The notes beneath the pieces were generated by a model. That model was not told the DNA's origin. It did not search any database and saw only the letters and a program-made list of their open reading frames with translations. Made by a program: the position numbers and the translations under genes. A DNA stretch of 32,000 bases from Demequinaceae bacterium (GTDB lineage Bacteria > Actinomycetota > Actinomycetes > Actinomycetales > Demequinaceae). Position 1 is the stretch's first letter. Each line of letters opens with the position of its first letter. Positions 1 through 8,679 of this stretch are shown here, one piece after another. The stretch spans positions 1,590,001 through 1,622,000 of the forward strand of contig OZ252279.1 in NCBI GenBank assembly GCA_965250005.1, written 5' to 3'.

Positions 1-645
1 TTCCGACCAATGGAGCAGCATGGTGGTGCCGTACACATCGAATGGCGCCAAAGTAGATGCGCGAGTGAGCCCGACTGCGGTCACGGTCTTCGATTGAGGG
101 GACTGACCCTCGTCTCCGTAGACCTGGTTCGCTAGAACTGCGACTTCGGATCCGACGCTGAGCCCCAGACTCTCGGCAACGTCAGCCGCGAGCACCACTT
201 CTCCCGCCCGCGCTGGAGCCCGGCCTGCGGCGAGGACATCGTCCCACGGAAAGCTGCCGTACACGGCTAGCGCGTCGACCGATTCGAACCTCTCCCACCC
301 GGGTTGGCTCGGGTCGCCCTGGATGCCGATCGTTCTGTACGCGACTGCGACGGCTTCGGCACCGTCAGCGTTTGCCGCGTCGACGAGCACCCGGAGGTCG
401 CGGATTTCCATAGAGTGCTCGGTTCGCTGTAGCGAGACAGGTACTTGCGCGTCCGCAATGAGCCACGCGGAGTAGGCTCTGTCGTTTGCCTCGGCGCGAT
501 CGAGATCCAGTCTGATGGAGGCGCGCGTCGCCCCCACAGTGAGAACGAATGCGAGCAAAGCGAGAAGCAGCGTCATCGTGAACGCGGTCCACCGCGTGAA
601 TACAGAGTTTGCGCGCAGTTGTTCCAGAGCGAGGGTCCAGGTCAT
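1..645 (-). CDS. ABC transporter permease, FtsX/MacB type (N-terminal 215 codons; the rest lies beyond the window edge)
   Basis: Absent from the ORF track because it has no stop in the window. Manual translation from ATG 645..643 gives MTWTLALEQLRANSVFTRWTAFTMTLLLALLAFVLTVGA... and stays open for 215 codons to position 1. It has one N-terminal TM helix, then an extracytoplasmic domain with the MacB-type stretch AAGRAPARAGEVVLAADVAESLGLSVGSEVAVL. It lies 82 bp downstream of the ABC ATPase on the same strand. Confidence 0.6.
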   Translation of the reverse strand, partial: MTWTLALEQLRANSVFTRWTAFTMTLLLALLAFVLTVGATRASIRLDLDRAEANDRAYSAWLIADAQVPVSLQRTEHSMEIRDLRVLVDAANADGAEAVAVAYRTIGIQGDPSQPGWERFESVDALAVYGSFPWDDVLAAGRAPARAGEVVLAADVAESLGLSVGSEVAVLANQVYGDEGQSPQSKTVTAVGLTRASTLAPFDVYGTTMLLHWSE

Positions 646-727
646 CGCATTCCCCCAGGGCGGGTTGGCATCAGGTTCTGGAGGGCCGTCTTCGAGATTC
701 CGCCCGCCGTCAAATGTGCGAGCCGCC

Positions 728-1504
728 TCATCGCTCGACCCCCGCTAGCGCGTCGAGCCCGGCAAGCACCGACGCAGGCGTTGGGTTGTCTATGTGCCCG
801 GCTATGCGCCCGTCGGCCAGCAGCAAGACGTTCCCTGCGTACGACGCCGCGGTGGGGTCGTGCGTCACCATAACAACCGATTGTCCAAGCTCCCTGCATG
901 CCTGCCGCAAGTGCGACAGAATCTCGGCGCTGGCGTGGGTGTCTAGGTTCCCTGTGGGTTCGTCGGCAAACACGACGTGCGGGCGTGTGATGAGTGCCCT
1001 TGCGATCGCGACGCGTTGCTGCTGGCCGCCGGACATTTCGTAGGGCTTGCGGGAGAGCTCCTTGCCGATGCCGAGCAGCGCGACAAGCTCGTCCAGCCAG
1101 GCCTCGTCCGCGTCTAGTCCGTTGAGCCTGCGTGGCAGCACGATGTTGTCGTGGGCAGACATGGTCTGGAGAAGGTTGAAGCCCTGGAATACGAAGCCGA
1201 TTGCGGTGCCATGTACCTTCGCTGCCTCCTTGTCCTTGAGCGCACTCAGGTGCGCGTCGCGGATCCACACGTCGCCCGAGTCGGCGTTGTCGAGCCCCGC
1301 AAGCAGGTGAACGAGCGTCGTCTTGCCGGACCCTGACGGGCCCATGACCGCGGTGAGTGTCCCCACGGTGACGTCGATGTCGACGTGATCCACTGCGGTG
1401 ACCGCGGCATCGCCGGATCCGTAGGTTTTGGTCAGACCGCGGGCCTTGACTGCGGGGTTCTTGGGCGACTTCTTCGCCTTTGGGTTGGATTTCTTTCTTT
1501 CCAT
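728..1504 (-). CDS. ABC transporter ATP-binding protein (MacB/LolD-like)
   Basis: Walker A GPSGSGKTT, ABC signature MSGGQQQRVAIARAL, Walker B VVFADEPTGNLD, H-loop VVMVTHD. Confidence 0.9.
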   Translation of the reverse strand: MERKKSNPKAKKSPKNPAVKARGLTKTYGSGDAAVTAVDHVDIDVTVGTLTAVMGPSGSGKTTLVHLLAGLDNADSGDVWIRDAHLSALKDKEAAKVHGTAIGFVFQGFNLLQTMSAHDNIVLPRRLNGLDADEAWLDELVALLGIGKELSRKPYEMSGGQQQRVAIARALITRPHVVFADEPTGNLDTHASAEILSHLRQACRELGQSVVMVTHDPTAASYAGNVLLLADGRIAGHIDNPTPASVLAGLDALAGVER

Positions 1505-1609
1505 ACCGCCGACGCTATGGCGAGTAGTGCGCCGAGCGCATCGGACCGTGGCATGGAGATGGGCGATACCTGGGTATGACCAGCTCTGCGCGGGCGCGGG
1601 CGCTGACGG

Positions 1610-2272
1610 CTACGCGCTTGGGCGGACCAGCCCGGTCTCGTAGGCAATGACCACAATTTGCGCACGGTCGCGTGCGCCCAGCTTGGCGAGAATCTTGCCG
1701 ATGTGAGTCTTCACGGTGGGCTCGGCGAGGAACAGCTCCCCGCAGATTTCCGCGTTGGACAGCCCGCGCGCGATCAGGGTCAGCACCTCGCGCTCGCGGT
1801 CGGTGAGGTCCTCAAGGCTCGCGCCGTCGACCGGGCTCGGTAGGGTGCGAGAGAGCGTGTCGAGCAGGCGGCGTGTGGCCGACGGTGCGATCACCGCGTC
1901 CCCGGCGTGCACGGCGCGGACCGCCGCGAGCAGGTCCTCGGGCAGAGCGTCCTTGAGCAGGAATCCGCTCGCGCCCGCGCGGATGGCTGCCACCACGTAC
2001 TCGTCGAGGTCGAACGTGGTGAGGATGACGATGCGCGCGTCCGTGCCATCAATCAACTCGGCAGTGGCGGCGATACCATCGAGCCCTGGCATTCGAACAT
2101 CCATCAGGATGACGTCGGCGTCGGCGTCGGCGTCGGTGCCCTTGAGCTTGGTCACGGCGTCGGCTCCGTTGGCGGACTCTGCGACCACCTGCATGTCGTC
2201 CTGGCTGTCGATCACCATGCGCAGGCCAGCGCGCACCAGCTCCTGGTCATCCACGAGCGCGACGTGAATCAT
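1610..2272 (-). CDS. Two-component response regulator, NarL/LuxR family
   Basis: Receiver domain (VALVDDQELVRAGL, VILMDVRMPGLDG) plus a C-terminal LuxR HTH (LTDREREVLTLIARGLSNAEICGELFLAEPTVKTHIGKILAKLG). Its ATG overlaps the kinase stop (ATGA at 2269..2272). Confidence 0.9.
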   Translation of the reverse strand: MIHVALVDDQELVRAGLRMVIDSQDDMQVVAESANGADAVTKLKGTDADADADVILMDVRMPGLDGIAATAELIDGTDARIVILTTFDLDEYVVAAIRAGASGFLLKDALPEDLLAAVRAVHAGDAVIAPSATRRLLDTLSRTLPSPVDGASLEDLTDREREVLTLIARGLSNAEICGELFLAEPTVKTHIGKILAKLGARDRAQIVVIAYETGLVRPSA

Positions 2273-3051
2273 CTGTCCTCCTTGGTAGCCCGCGGCGTGA
2301 GCGGCAGTGTCGCCTTGACGACGTATCCGCCACCCGCTTTAGGTCCGACTCGGAGCGTACCTCCGAACACGGTCGCGCGCTCGCGCATCCCTTCCAACCC
2401 GGTTCCGCCGCCGTCTTCCGTGGCCGCCGCGCCGCGGCCGTCGTCTGTGATCTTGGCCTCGACTGCTCCTGGGGTCCAGCGCATCTGGACGATCGCCGCC
2501 ACCTTGGGGCCGCCGTGTTTGAGCACGTTGGTGAGGGCTTCTTGGACGATTCGGTAGAGAGCGAGACCTGCGCCGATGGGCAAGGGGCGGGGGGTGCCCG
2601 TCGTCACGTAGCTGACCTCGAGGCCGCCGTCGCGGACGGAGTTGACGAGTGTCGGGATGTCGTCGAGGCTGGGCTGTGGGCCGAGGTCCACGGCGGAGTC
2701 CGTGTCGCGGAGCACGCCGAGTAGGGCGCGCATCTCGGTGAGCGCGGCCCGGCTGACCTCGCCGACAACCTCGAGCGCGCGGGTGGCGGCGGCCTTGTCC
2801 TTGCGGGCGGCGAAGCGCCCGCCGTCGGACTGCGCTACCACGACGGACAGGGTGTGCGCCACGACGTCGTGCATCTCGCGGGCGATGCGGGCCCGTTCGT
2901 CGCTGGCGGCGAGCGCCTTCTCTGCCGCGGACTGCGCGGCATCGGCCTCGCGGTCGCTGGCGGCTCGGCGTGCGGCGCGCCCCCACTGCCACGCGAAGAA
3001 TCCCGCCGCGGCCGTGGACGCGCCGGCGATCATCCAGGCGAGTGTCTCCAT
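2269..3051 (-). CDS. Sensor histidine kinase, HisKA_3/NarL-partner type, minimal form (single N-terminal TM, no sensor domain)
   Basis: H-box REMHDVVAHTLSVVV, N-box QEALTNVLKHG, G-boxes DDGRG and GTGLEGMRERA. Only about 25 residues (one hydrophobic helix, WMIAGASTAAAGFFAW) precede the coiled linker. Confidence 0.85.
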   Translation of the reverse strand: METLAWMIAGASTAAAGFFAWQWGRAARRAASDREADAAQSAAEKALAASDERARIAREMHDVVAHTLSVVVAQSDGGRFAARKDKAAATRALEVVGEVSRAALTEMRALLGVLRDTDSAVDLGPQPSLDDIPTLVNSVRDGGLEVSYVTTGTPRPLPIGAGLALYRIVQEALTNVLKHGGPKVAAIVQMRWTPGAVEAKITDDGRGAAATEDGGGTGLEGMRERATVFGGTLRVGPKAGGGYVVKATLPLTPRATKEDR

Positions 3052-3077
3052 GGGCTCACGTTAGCGCCGAGCGCCTG

Positions 3078-3698
3078 CTACGGCACCCGGATGTAGACGT
3101 ACTCCCACTGCCATAAGGGCCGGAACTGGATTGTGGCACCCGCGTGGGGCGAGTCGATCTGCATGCCGTTCCCGGCATAGATACCCACGTGACCGGGGGT
3201 GAGCACGAGGTCGCCGGGAAGCGCGTCCTCCGCAGAGATGCGGACCCCGAAGTTCCAGTAGGCGGAAGAGCTGCGCGGCACGGTGACGCCGAGCTGCTTG
3301 AAGACGTAGGAGGTGAAGCCACTGCAGTCGAAGCCGGCAGGCGTCGATCCCGCCCAGAGGTACGGCGTGCCAACGTACTTGGCGGCCTCAGCCATGACCG
3401 CTTCCGGGTCGAGCCGGGGCGGGGGCGCGTTTGTAGCGGTGGCACGGACACTCGCGACGGGCTCCGCTACCTCGACGCCGGGTGCGTCGAACGAGAAGTC
3501 CGCTTCGGCTGGTGCCGCGATTGGGGCGGCGAGGGGCTCCGCGTGGGCGACAACCGCCGCGTACGCGGACGACGTATCCGTGGGGGTGGATTCCGTGCCG
3601 TCCACGGCGCTCGCGAGCGCGGCCGACGAGATTCCGAGTATCGCTAGAGCGCGCACAGCCAGTACGTGTGGGCGCTCGCGCCGGATAGCCAACTTCAC
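3078..3698 (-). CDS. Secreted NlpC/P60 family peptidoglycan endopeptidase
   Basis: GTG start. Signal peptide AILGISSAALASA. Catalytic core YLWAGSTPAGFDCSGFTSYVF ... GDLVLTPGHVGIYAGNGMQIDSPH. Confidence 0.85.
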   Translation of the reverse strand: MKLAIRRERPHVLAVRALAILGISSAALASAVDGTESTPTDTSSAYAAVVAHAEPLAAPIAAPAEADFSFDAPGVEVAEPVASVRATATNAPPPRLDPEAVMAEAAKYVGTPYLWAGSTPAGFDCSGFTSYVFKQLGVTVPRSSSAYWNFGVRISAEDALPGDLVLTPGHVGIYAGNGMQIDSPHAGATIQFRPLWQWEYVYIRVP

Positions 3699-3793
3699 AG
3701 GATCTTGCCTCGCAGCGGGTTGTCGCTAGTGGTCTACATCGCTCAAACGCGCGGCGCTTCCGAGGGGTTCCGTGGTGCGGGCGGGCGAGCCCG

Positions 3794-5080
3794 TTAGTCG
3801 CCAGGGTTGAGGACGCGGCCGAGGAACAGCACCGCGCCGGTCGACTCGTCACGCACGAGGTAGAGGAATGGTCTGTCGGCGCGGATCTCGAAGTCTGGGG
3901 GCGCGGGCATACTTGTTAGTTCGATGGTGATCGCGGTGGCAGCGGCAGCCTCGGTCCCGTTCTCGTCCACGCGGATTTCGGCAGCGTGGATCGCCCGGTC
4001 CACCGCGAGATTGGGTCCGATGCCGCCGAGGTCCTCGACATCGAACAGGCCGGTCACGCCCAAGTCCCCTTCGATGACGTCGCCAAGATCAATGCTGGAC
4101 CCTGACTCGAAGGAGGGCAGGTAGAGCGTGAGGTGTGAATCGGCGAGCGAAGCGTCGACGGAGGCCACGAACTCGGTGCCAAGCGACCGTTCGATCGCGG
4201 CGTAGTTGCCTGCGTCGGGGACGATGACCAGCATCGAGAGGTCTCCGCCTGCGTAAGGGAGCTCGACCGCGGAGTAGCCGTCCGCGACCACGGCATCGGC
4301 CAGCAGGTTGCCCTCGTGCATGAGATCCACGGTGGTGGTGCTGCCGTCGAGCCGGGTGAAGTCGGCCGGGGCCGTGTCGGCGGCGTCGAAGGTGGTCTGC
4401 CAGTCGGCGAGTATGTAGATCGCGTTCACGAGCACCAGGACTGTGTCGGCGTGGATAGCGCCATCTGGAAGCAACTCGGGGATGAGTCCCTCGGTCCGCC
4501 CGTCCACCCAGCGGTTGACTTCTCCGCGGGCGCCGCCGGGGTCGCCGCGCATGTCGAGAGGCTCGATGCCCGCGCCGAACCAGCGCGCGAGATTCTCGGG
4601 ATAGCTAGGCAGCGGCTCGAATTCTTTGTCTTGAAACAAGCGGTTCGCGATCCGGATGATCGGCGCCTGCGGGTACCAGCCGTCATCCTCGGGATCGAGC
4701 TCAAGGCGCGGTGGATCAGGTTCGGTCTCCACGCCTTGGGTGAGGGCATTGAATGCGGACCAGCGGGCCTCGCCCTCTCCGGGGAAGCCGAAAAGCTTCT
4801 CGAGCGCCTGGGAGACGCTGCCGGTCGCGCCCACGTCGAGCATGCCGAACGCAGTGCCGATTGACAGTGGCGAAAGGACCACGTCACCGTCCTCGGTGGC
4901 GGCGACGGCGTGGAAGATGTCGTATCCGGTCGCGTTGATCACGTCCGCGAGCGGGGGCGCCTCGACGGTGTTTGGGGCGGGGCGTGCGACGTCGGGGTCC
5001 TCGTAGCCGGGCGCCGCGCAGGACGCGAGCAAAAAGGTTGCGGCAGCAAACGATGCAGCAGCGCGAGCGGAGTGGTTCAT
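3794..5080 (-). CDS. Serpin family protein, predicted lipoprotein
   Basis: Serpin landmarks [21 protein letters not shown], hinge [11 protein letters not shown] and C-terminal [27 protein letters not shown]. Lipobox FLLASC near the N-terminus. I prefer ATG 5080 (GAGAGGG 7 nt upstream) over the TTG at 5110 used in the ORF track. Confidence 0.8.
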   Translation of the reverse strand: MNHSARAAASFAAATFLLASCAAPGYEDPDVARPAPNTVEAPPLADVINATGYDIFHAVAATEDGDVVLSPLSIGTAFGMLDVGATGSVSQALEKLFGFPGEGEARWSAFNALTQGVETEPDPPRLELDPEDDGWYPQAPIIRIANRLFQDKEFEPLPSYPENLARWFGAGIEPLDMRGDPGGARGEVNRWVDGRTEGLIPELLPDGAIHADTVLVLVNAIYILADWQTTFDAADTAPADFTRLDGSTTTVDLMHEGNLLADAVVADGYSAVELPYAGGDLSMLVIVPDAGNYAAIERSLGTEFVASVDASLADSHLTLYLPSFESGSSIDLGDVIEGDLGVTGLFDVEDLGGIGPNLAVDRAIHAAEIRVDENGTEAAAATAITIELTSMPAPPDFEIRADRPFLYLVRDESTGAVLFLGRVLNPGD

Positions 5081-5091
5081 GTCTGGCCCTC

Positions 5092-5121
5092 TCAATGTTC
5101 TATCAATCAATGTTCTATCAA
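5092..5121. repeat. Perfect tandem duplication of an AT-rich 15-mer (TCAATGTTCTATCAA x2)
   Basis: Read directly at 5092..5106 and 5107..5121. It lies 12 to 41 nt upstream of the serpin ATG, in the serpin/purL divergent region. Confidence 0.95.
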
Positions 5122-5240
5122 CAAGACGAACACCAAGAGCAAACCGTTGCCTTTCGTGTTCCCCGGTGCGCTGGCCTCAGGTTTGCGCTCGCCCCGGTAA
5201 TCTTGTCCCGTACCCGCTGGCCACCACTTCCAGGGACCCG

Positions 5241-7541
5241 ATGACCCCCAACGCAGCACAAGCCCTCGACACAGTCGAGAACGCCGCAGCCACCCCTGAC
5301 CAGGACATGCCCTGGGCGGAACTCGGCATGAAGGACTTCGAGTACGCGGAGGTGGTCAACGTCCTCGGCCGCCGCCCCACCGCGGGCGAGCTCGCCATGT
5401 ACTCCGTCATGTGGTCCGAGCACTGCTCCTACAAGTCCTCCAAGCCGCACCTTGCCCAGTTTGGCGACAAACTCACGGACAAGATGCGCGAGAAGCTGAT
5501 GGTGGGCATCGGCGAGAACGCCGGCGTCGTGGACATTGGCGACGATTGGGCCGTCACTTTCAAGGTTGAGTCACACAACCACCCCAGCTACGTGGAGCCG
5601 TATCAGGGTGCCGCGACCGGCGTGGGCGGCATAGTCCGCGACATTCTTGCCATGGGCGCGCGACCCATCGCCGTCATGGATGAGCTGCGCTTTGGCGACA
5701 TCGACCATCCCGACACCGCGCGCGTGGTGCACGGCGTGGTGAGCGGCGTGGGCGGTTACGGCAACTCGCTCGGCCTGCCGAACATCGGCGGCGGCGCAAT
5801 CTTCGACAAGAGTTACCAGGGCAACCCGCTGGTCAACGCCTTGTGCGTGGGCGCCATGAAGCATGCCGACATCCACCTGGCCAACGCCTCGGGCGTAGGC
5901 AACAAGGTGGTCTTGTTTGGTGCGCGGACGGGCGGCGACGGCATCGGCGGCGTATCCGTGCTCGCTTCCGAAACGTTCGACAAAGGCGGCCCGACCAAAC
6001 GGCCCAGCGTCCAGGTGGGAGACCCGTTCGCCGAGAAGGTGCTCATTGAGTGCTGCCTCGAGCTGTTCCACGCGGGAGTAGTCGAAGGTATCCAGGATCT
6101 CGGCGGCGCGGGTCTCAGCTGCGCGACGTCAGAACTGGCAAGCGCAGGCGACGGCGGCATGCACGTGGACCTCGACCTTGTGCCACTGCGCGACCCGTCG
6201 CTGCGCGCCGAAGAGATCCTGATGTCCGAGTCGCAAGAGCGCATGATGGCCGTCGTCACTCCCGAAGATTTGGACGCTTTTCTCGCGATCACCAAGAAGT
6301 GGGACGTCGAGACCGCCGTACTGGGCGAGGTCACCGACACTGGCCGCCTGGTCATCGACTTCAAGGGCGAGACCGTGGTGGACGTTCCGCCGCGCACCGT
6401 CGCGCACGACTGCCCCGTCTACGACCGCCCGTTCACCCGCCCGGAATGGATGGACGCGCTCCAGGCCGATACGGCCGCCTCCCTCGAGCTTCCGGCCGAC
6501 GGCGACGCACTCCGCGAGACGCTGCTCGCGCTGCTGGGCTCCCCTAACCTATCGAGCCGCGAGTGGATCACCAACCAGTACGACCGCTACGTGCAGGGCA
6601 ACACCGCCATGGCCCGCCCGGACGCGTGCGGCGTGGTCCGCGTGGACGAGGAGACCGGCCGCGGCGTGGCCGTCGCCACCCGCGCCAACGACCGCTTCAC
6701 CAAACTTGACCCCTACAAGGGCGCGGAGCAGGCCGTCGCAGCCGCGTACCGCGGCGTCGCGATCGCGGGCGCGGACCCGCTCGCTATAACCGACTGCCTC
6801 AACTTTGGCAGCCCCGAAGACCCGGACTCCATGTGGCAGTTTGCCCAAGCGGTGCGCGGCATCGCCGACTCCTGCAAGACCCTCGCCGTCCCCGTCACCG
6901 GCGGCAACGTCAGCCTCTACAACGGCACCGGCGAGCCCGGCCAGATCGACTCGAGCATCAACCCCACCCCCGTTGTCGGCATCCTTGGGGTCTTCGACGA
7001 CGTCGCCCGTGCCACGCCCTCGGGCTGGCGAGACGAGGGACTAGCGCTGTGGCTCATCGGCGAGACTCGTGCGGAGTTGGATGGATCGCAGTTCGCGGCG
7101 CTATCCGGACACCTGGGTGGCATCCCGCCGGTAATAGACCTGGCCACCGAGATCACTCTCGCCCAGATCATGGTCGCCGCGTCCCGGGACGGCCTGATCG
7201 ACGCTGCACGCGACGTGAGCGAGGGAGGTCTGGCCACCGCCGTTGCGCTCGGTTCGCTGCGCTACGGCGTAGGTGCCCGCATCGTGCTTGACGAGATCTG
7301 CGAGCGCGACGGAATCACGCCGGCCCACGCGCTCCTGAGTGAGTCGCAGGGGCGCGTGCTGTGCGCGGTCCCGCGCACTGAGGAGCAGCGCTTCCAGGAC
7401 ATGCTCGCGGCCCGCGGCGTGGCGGCGGCGCGCATCGGCGCTACTGGCGGAGAGCAGATCGACATACAGGACCAGTTCACCCTGACGCTCGCGGACGCTC
7501 GCGAGACCCACGAGTCGCTGCTGCCAAAGAAGTTCGGTTAG
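5241..7541 (+). CDS. purL: Phosphoribosylformylglycinamidine synthase subunit PurL (FGAM synthase II)
   Basis: Typical PurL sequence throughout ([38 protein letters not shown], two AIR-synthase-like repeats). I prefer ATG 5241 (MTPNAAQ...); the Arg/Cys-rich extension from 5079 looks non-coding. Confidence 0.95.
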   Translation: MTPNAAQALDTVENAAATPDQDMPWAELGMKDFEYAEVVNVLGRRPTAGELAMYSVMWSEHCSYKSSKPHLAQFGDKLTDKMREKLMVGIGENAGVVDIGDDWAVTFKVESHNHPSYVEPYQGAATGVGGIVRDILAMGARPIAVMDELRFGDIDHPDTARVVHGVVSGVGGYGNSLGLPNIGGGAIFDKSYQGNPLVNALCVGAMKHADIHLANASGVGNKVVLFGARTGGDGIGGVSVLASETFDKGGPTKRPSVQVGDPFAEKVLIECCLELFHAGVVEGIQDLGGAGLSCATSELASAGDGGMHVDLDLVPLRDPSLRAEEILMSESQERMMAVVTPEDLDAFLAITKKWDVETAVLGEVTDTGRLVIDFKGETVVDVPPRTVAHDCPVYDRPFTRPEWMDALQADTAASLELPADGDALRETLLALLGSPNLSSREWITNQYDRYVQGNTAMARPDACGVVRVDEETGRGVAVATRANDRFTKLDPYKGAEQAVAAAYRGVAIAGADPLAITDCLNFGSPEDPDSMWQFAQAVRGIADSCKTLAVPVTGGNVSLYNGTGEPGQIDSSINPTPVVGILGVFDDVARATPSGWRDEGLALWLIGETRAELDGSQFAALSGHLGGIPPVIDLATEITLAQIMVAASRDGLIDAARDVSEGGLATAVALGSLRYGVGARIVLDEICERDGITPAHALLSESQGRVLCAVPRTEEQRFQDMLAARGVAAARIGATGGEQIDIQDQFTLTLADARETHESLLPKKFG

Positions 7542-7918
7542 TGGCTGCGCGCCGTCGGGTTGAGACGTCGGCCGGGCAGATCGCGGTCGCGCTGTGGCTC
7601 GCGGGAGACCACAGCCACGAGAACGTCGCGACCGCCGTGCGTTACACGCTCGAGGAACTGGCCGTTGAGGCGCCGGGAAACGCGCTCGAAGTTCGCGTCC
7701 CCCCGCACGGAGTCACGCAATGCCTGGAGGGCCCGAGGCACACACGCGGGACCCCACCAGGCGTGGTCGAGACTGACGCGCAGACGTGGCTCGAGTTGGC
7801 AGCTGGCTCGCTTTCTTGGGAAGAGGCGGTTGCCGAGAACCGCGTCATCGCGTCGGGCGAGCGCGCGGACTTGTCTCACGTGCTCCCCCTACCGCGCATC
7901 GGCGTCGATCCCGTCTAG
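7541..7918 (+). CDS. Sterol-carrier-like (bacterial SCP orthologue) family protein
   Basis: The stretch VRYTLEELA..APGN.LEVRVPP.G..QC.EGP.HTRGTPP.VVETD..TWL.LA.G.L.W..AV....V.ASG.RADL matches my memory of the actinobacterial SCP-like protein encoded after purL. The GTG start overlaps the purL TAG by 1 nt. Confidence 0.65.
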   Translation: MAARRRVETSAGQIAVALWLAGDHSHENVATAVRYTLEELAVEAPGNALEVRVPPHGVTQCLEGPRHTRGTPPGVVETDAQTWLELAAGSLSWEEAVAENRVIASGERADLSHVLPLPRIGVDPV

Positions 7919-7995
7919 CGTCGCGGCCCGGCCATGATCGGCGCCGTGCGAAGGTGCCGTGCGGCGCGCACGTATAACGGCCTAGACTGTGTTCC

Positions 7996-8679
7996 GTGAG
8001 CGACGCAAAGGCAAAAGACGCGGCTCCTTCGCCGGATGACCTCAGGCAAATGGCTATCCCAGCGATCGTCCGCCGAGCACCCCGGTTTGTGCGGATCATC
8101 GGAATCGGCGCGGCGCTTGGCGTCCTGTTAGGCGTGGGTCTTGCGCTGCTATCGCCGGGTCGAGGAGCGGAGCATCGGACCGTTGTCGCGGTGCTCGTGG
8201 CGTTTGGGTTTGGGATAATCGGCGCGATGGTTGCGGGAGCAATTGCTACGCGCAACTCGCAAGACCGAAACCCTGCGCGAATCGGCGGCGTATTTGGCGC
8301 AGCAGCAGGTGCAGTTCTGACGCTTGTGCTTCCTGGCGACTTCAATCGGAATCGCATCCTAATCTCGATCGTTGTGGTCGTGGGGTTCGGCATCTTTGGC
8401 GCCATCTTCGGCGCCACGAGCGTGCCCAAACGGCCATCCGGTACCCACGTCGCGACAGCCTCCAAGCCCGCGAACGTGTCGAAGAAGCCCGCCGCGAAGA
8501 AGCCCGCCGCGAAGAAGCCCGCCGCGAAGAAGCCCGCCGCGAAGAAGCCCGCCGCGAAGAAGCCCGCCGCGAAGAAGCCCGCCGCGAAGAAGCCCGCCGC
8601 GAAGAAGCCCGCCGCGAAGAAGCCCGCCGCGAAGAAGCCGGCGGCCAAGAGCAAGCCCCGCGCGCCCAAGGCTCCCTAG
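7996..8679 (+). CDS. Membrane protein (four Gly-rich TM helices) with a C-terminal (KKPAA)11 polycationic tail
   Basis: GTG start. Four hydrophobic segments, for example IIGIGAALGVLLGVGLALL and ILISIVVVVGFGIFGAIFGA. The tail is VSKKPAA(KKPAA)10KSKPRAPKAP. The stop TAG overlaps the purF GTG. Confidence 0.6.
   Translation: MSDAKAKDAAPSPDDLRQMAIPAIVRRAPRFVRIIGIGAALGVLLGVGLALLSPGRGAEHRTVVAVLVAFGFGIIGAMVAGAIATRNSQDRNPARIGGVFGAAAGAVLTLVLPGDFNRNRILISIVVVVGFGIFGAIFGATSVPKRPSGTHVATASKPANVSKKPAAKKPAAKKPAAKKPAAKKPAAKKPAAKKPAAKKPAAKKPAAKKPAAKKPAAKSKPRAPKAP
8482..8646. repeat. 15-bp in-frame tandem repeat, 11 units (10 nucleotide-identical AAGAAGCCCGCCGCG plus 1 synonymous variant)
   Basis: Counted directly in the sequence. 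The last unit is AAGAAGCCGGCGGCC, which still encodes KKPAA. Confidence 0.95.

Noticed and set aside
642-1268. 208-aa ORF overlapping the ABC ATPase in another frame
   Set aside because: It is Arg-rich and overlaps a well-supported ATPase gene. The real downstream gene is the permease starting at 645 in a different frame.
3699-3793. c-di-AMP (ydaO-type) riboswitch upstream of the NlpC/P60 gene, as is common for actinobacterial cell-wall hydrolases
   Set aside because: The spacer is only 95 nt, and I could not find the paired conserved ACGGGG/CCCGA-type cores. This needs a covariance-model scan (Rfam RF00379) to exclude formally.
5079-5240. N-terminal extension of purL from 5079
   Set aside because: The extension is Arg/Cys/Pro-rich and overlaps the serpin promoter region. 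Conserved PurL sequence begins after ATG 5241.
8482-8646. Possible CRISPR array
   Set aside because: The units are contiguous 15-mers with no spacers, and they lie inside a coding frame. There are no cas genes in the window.
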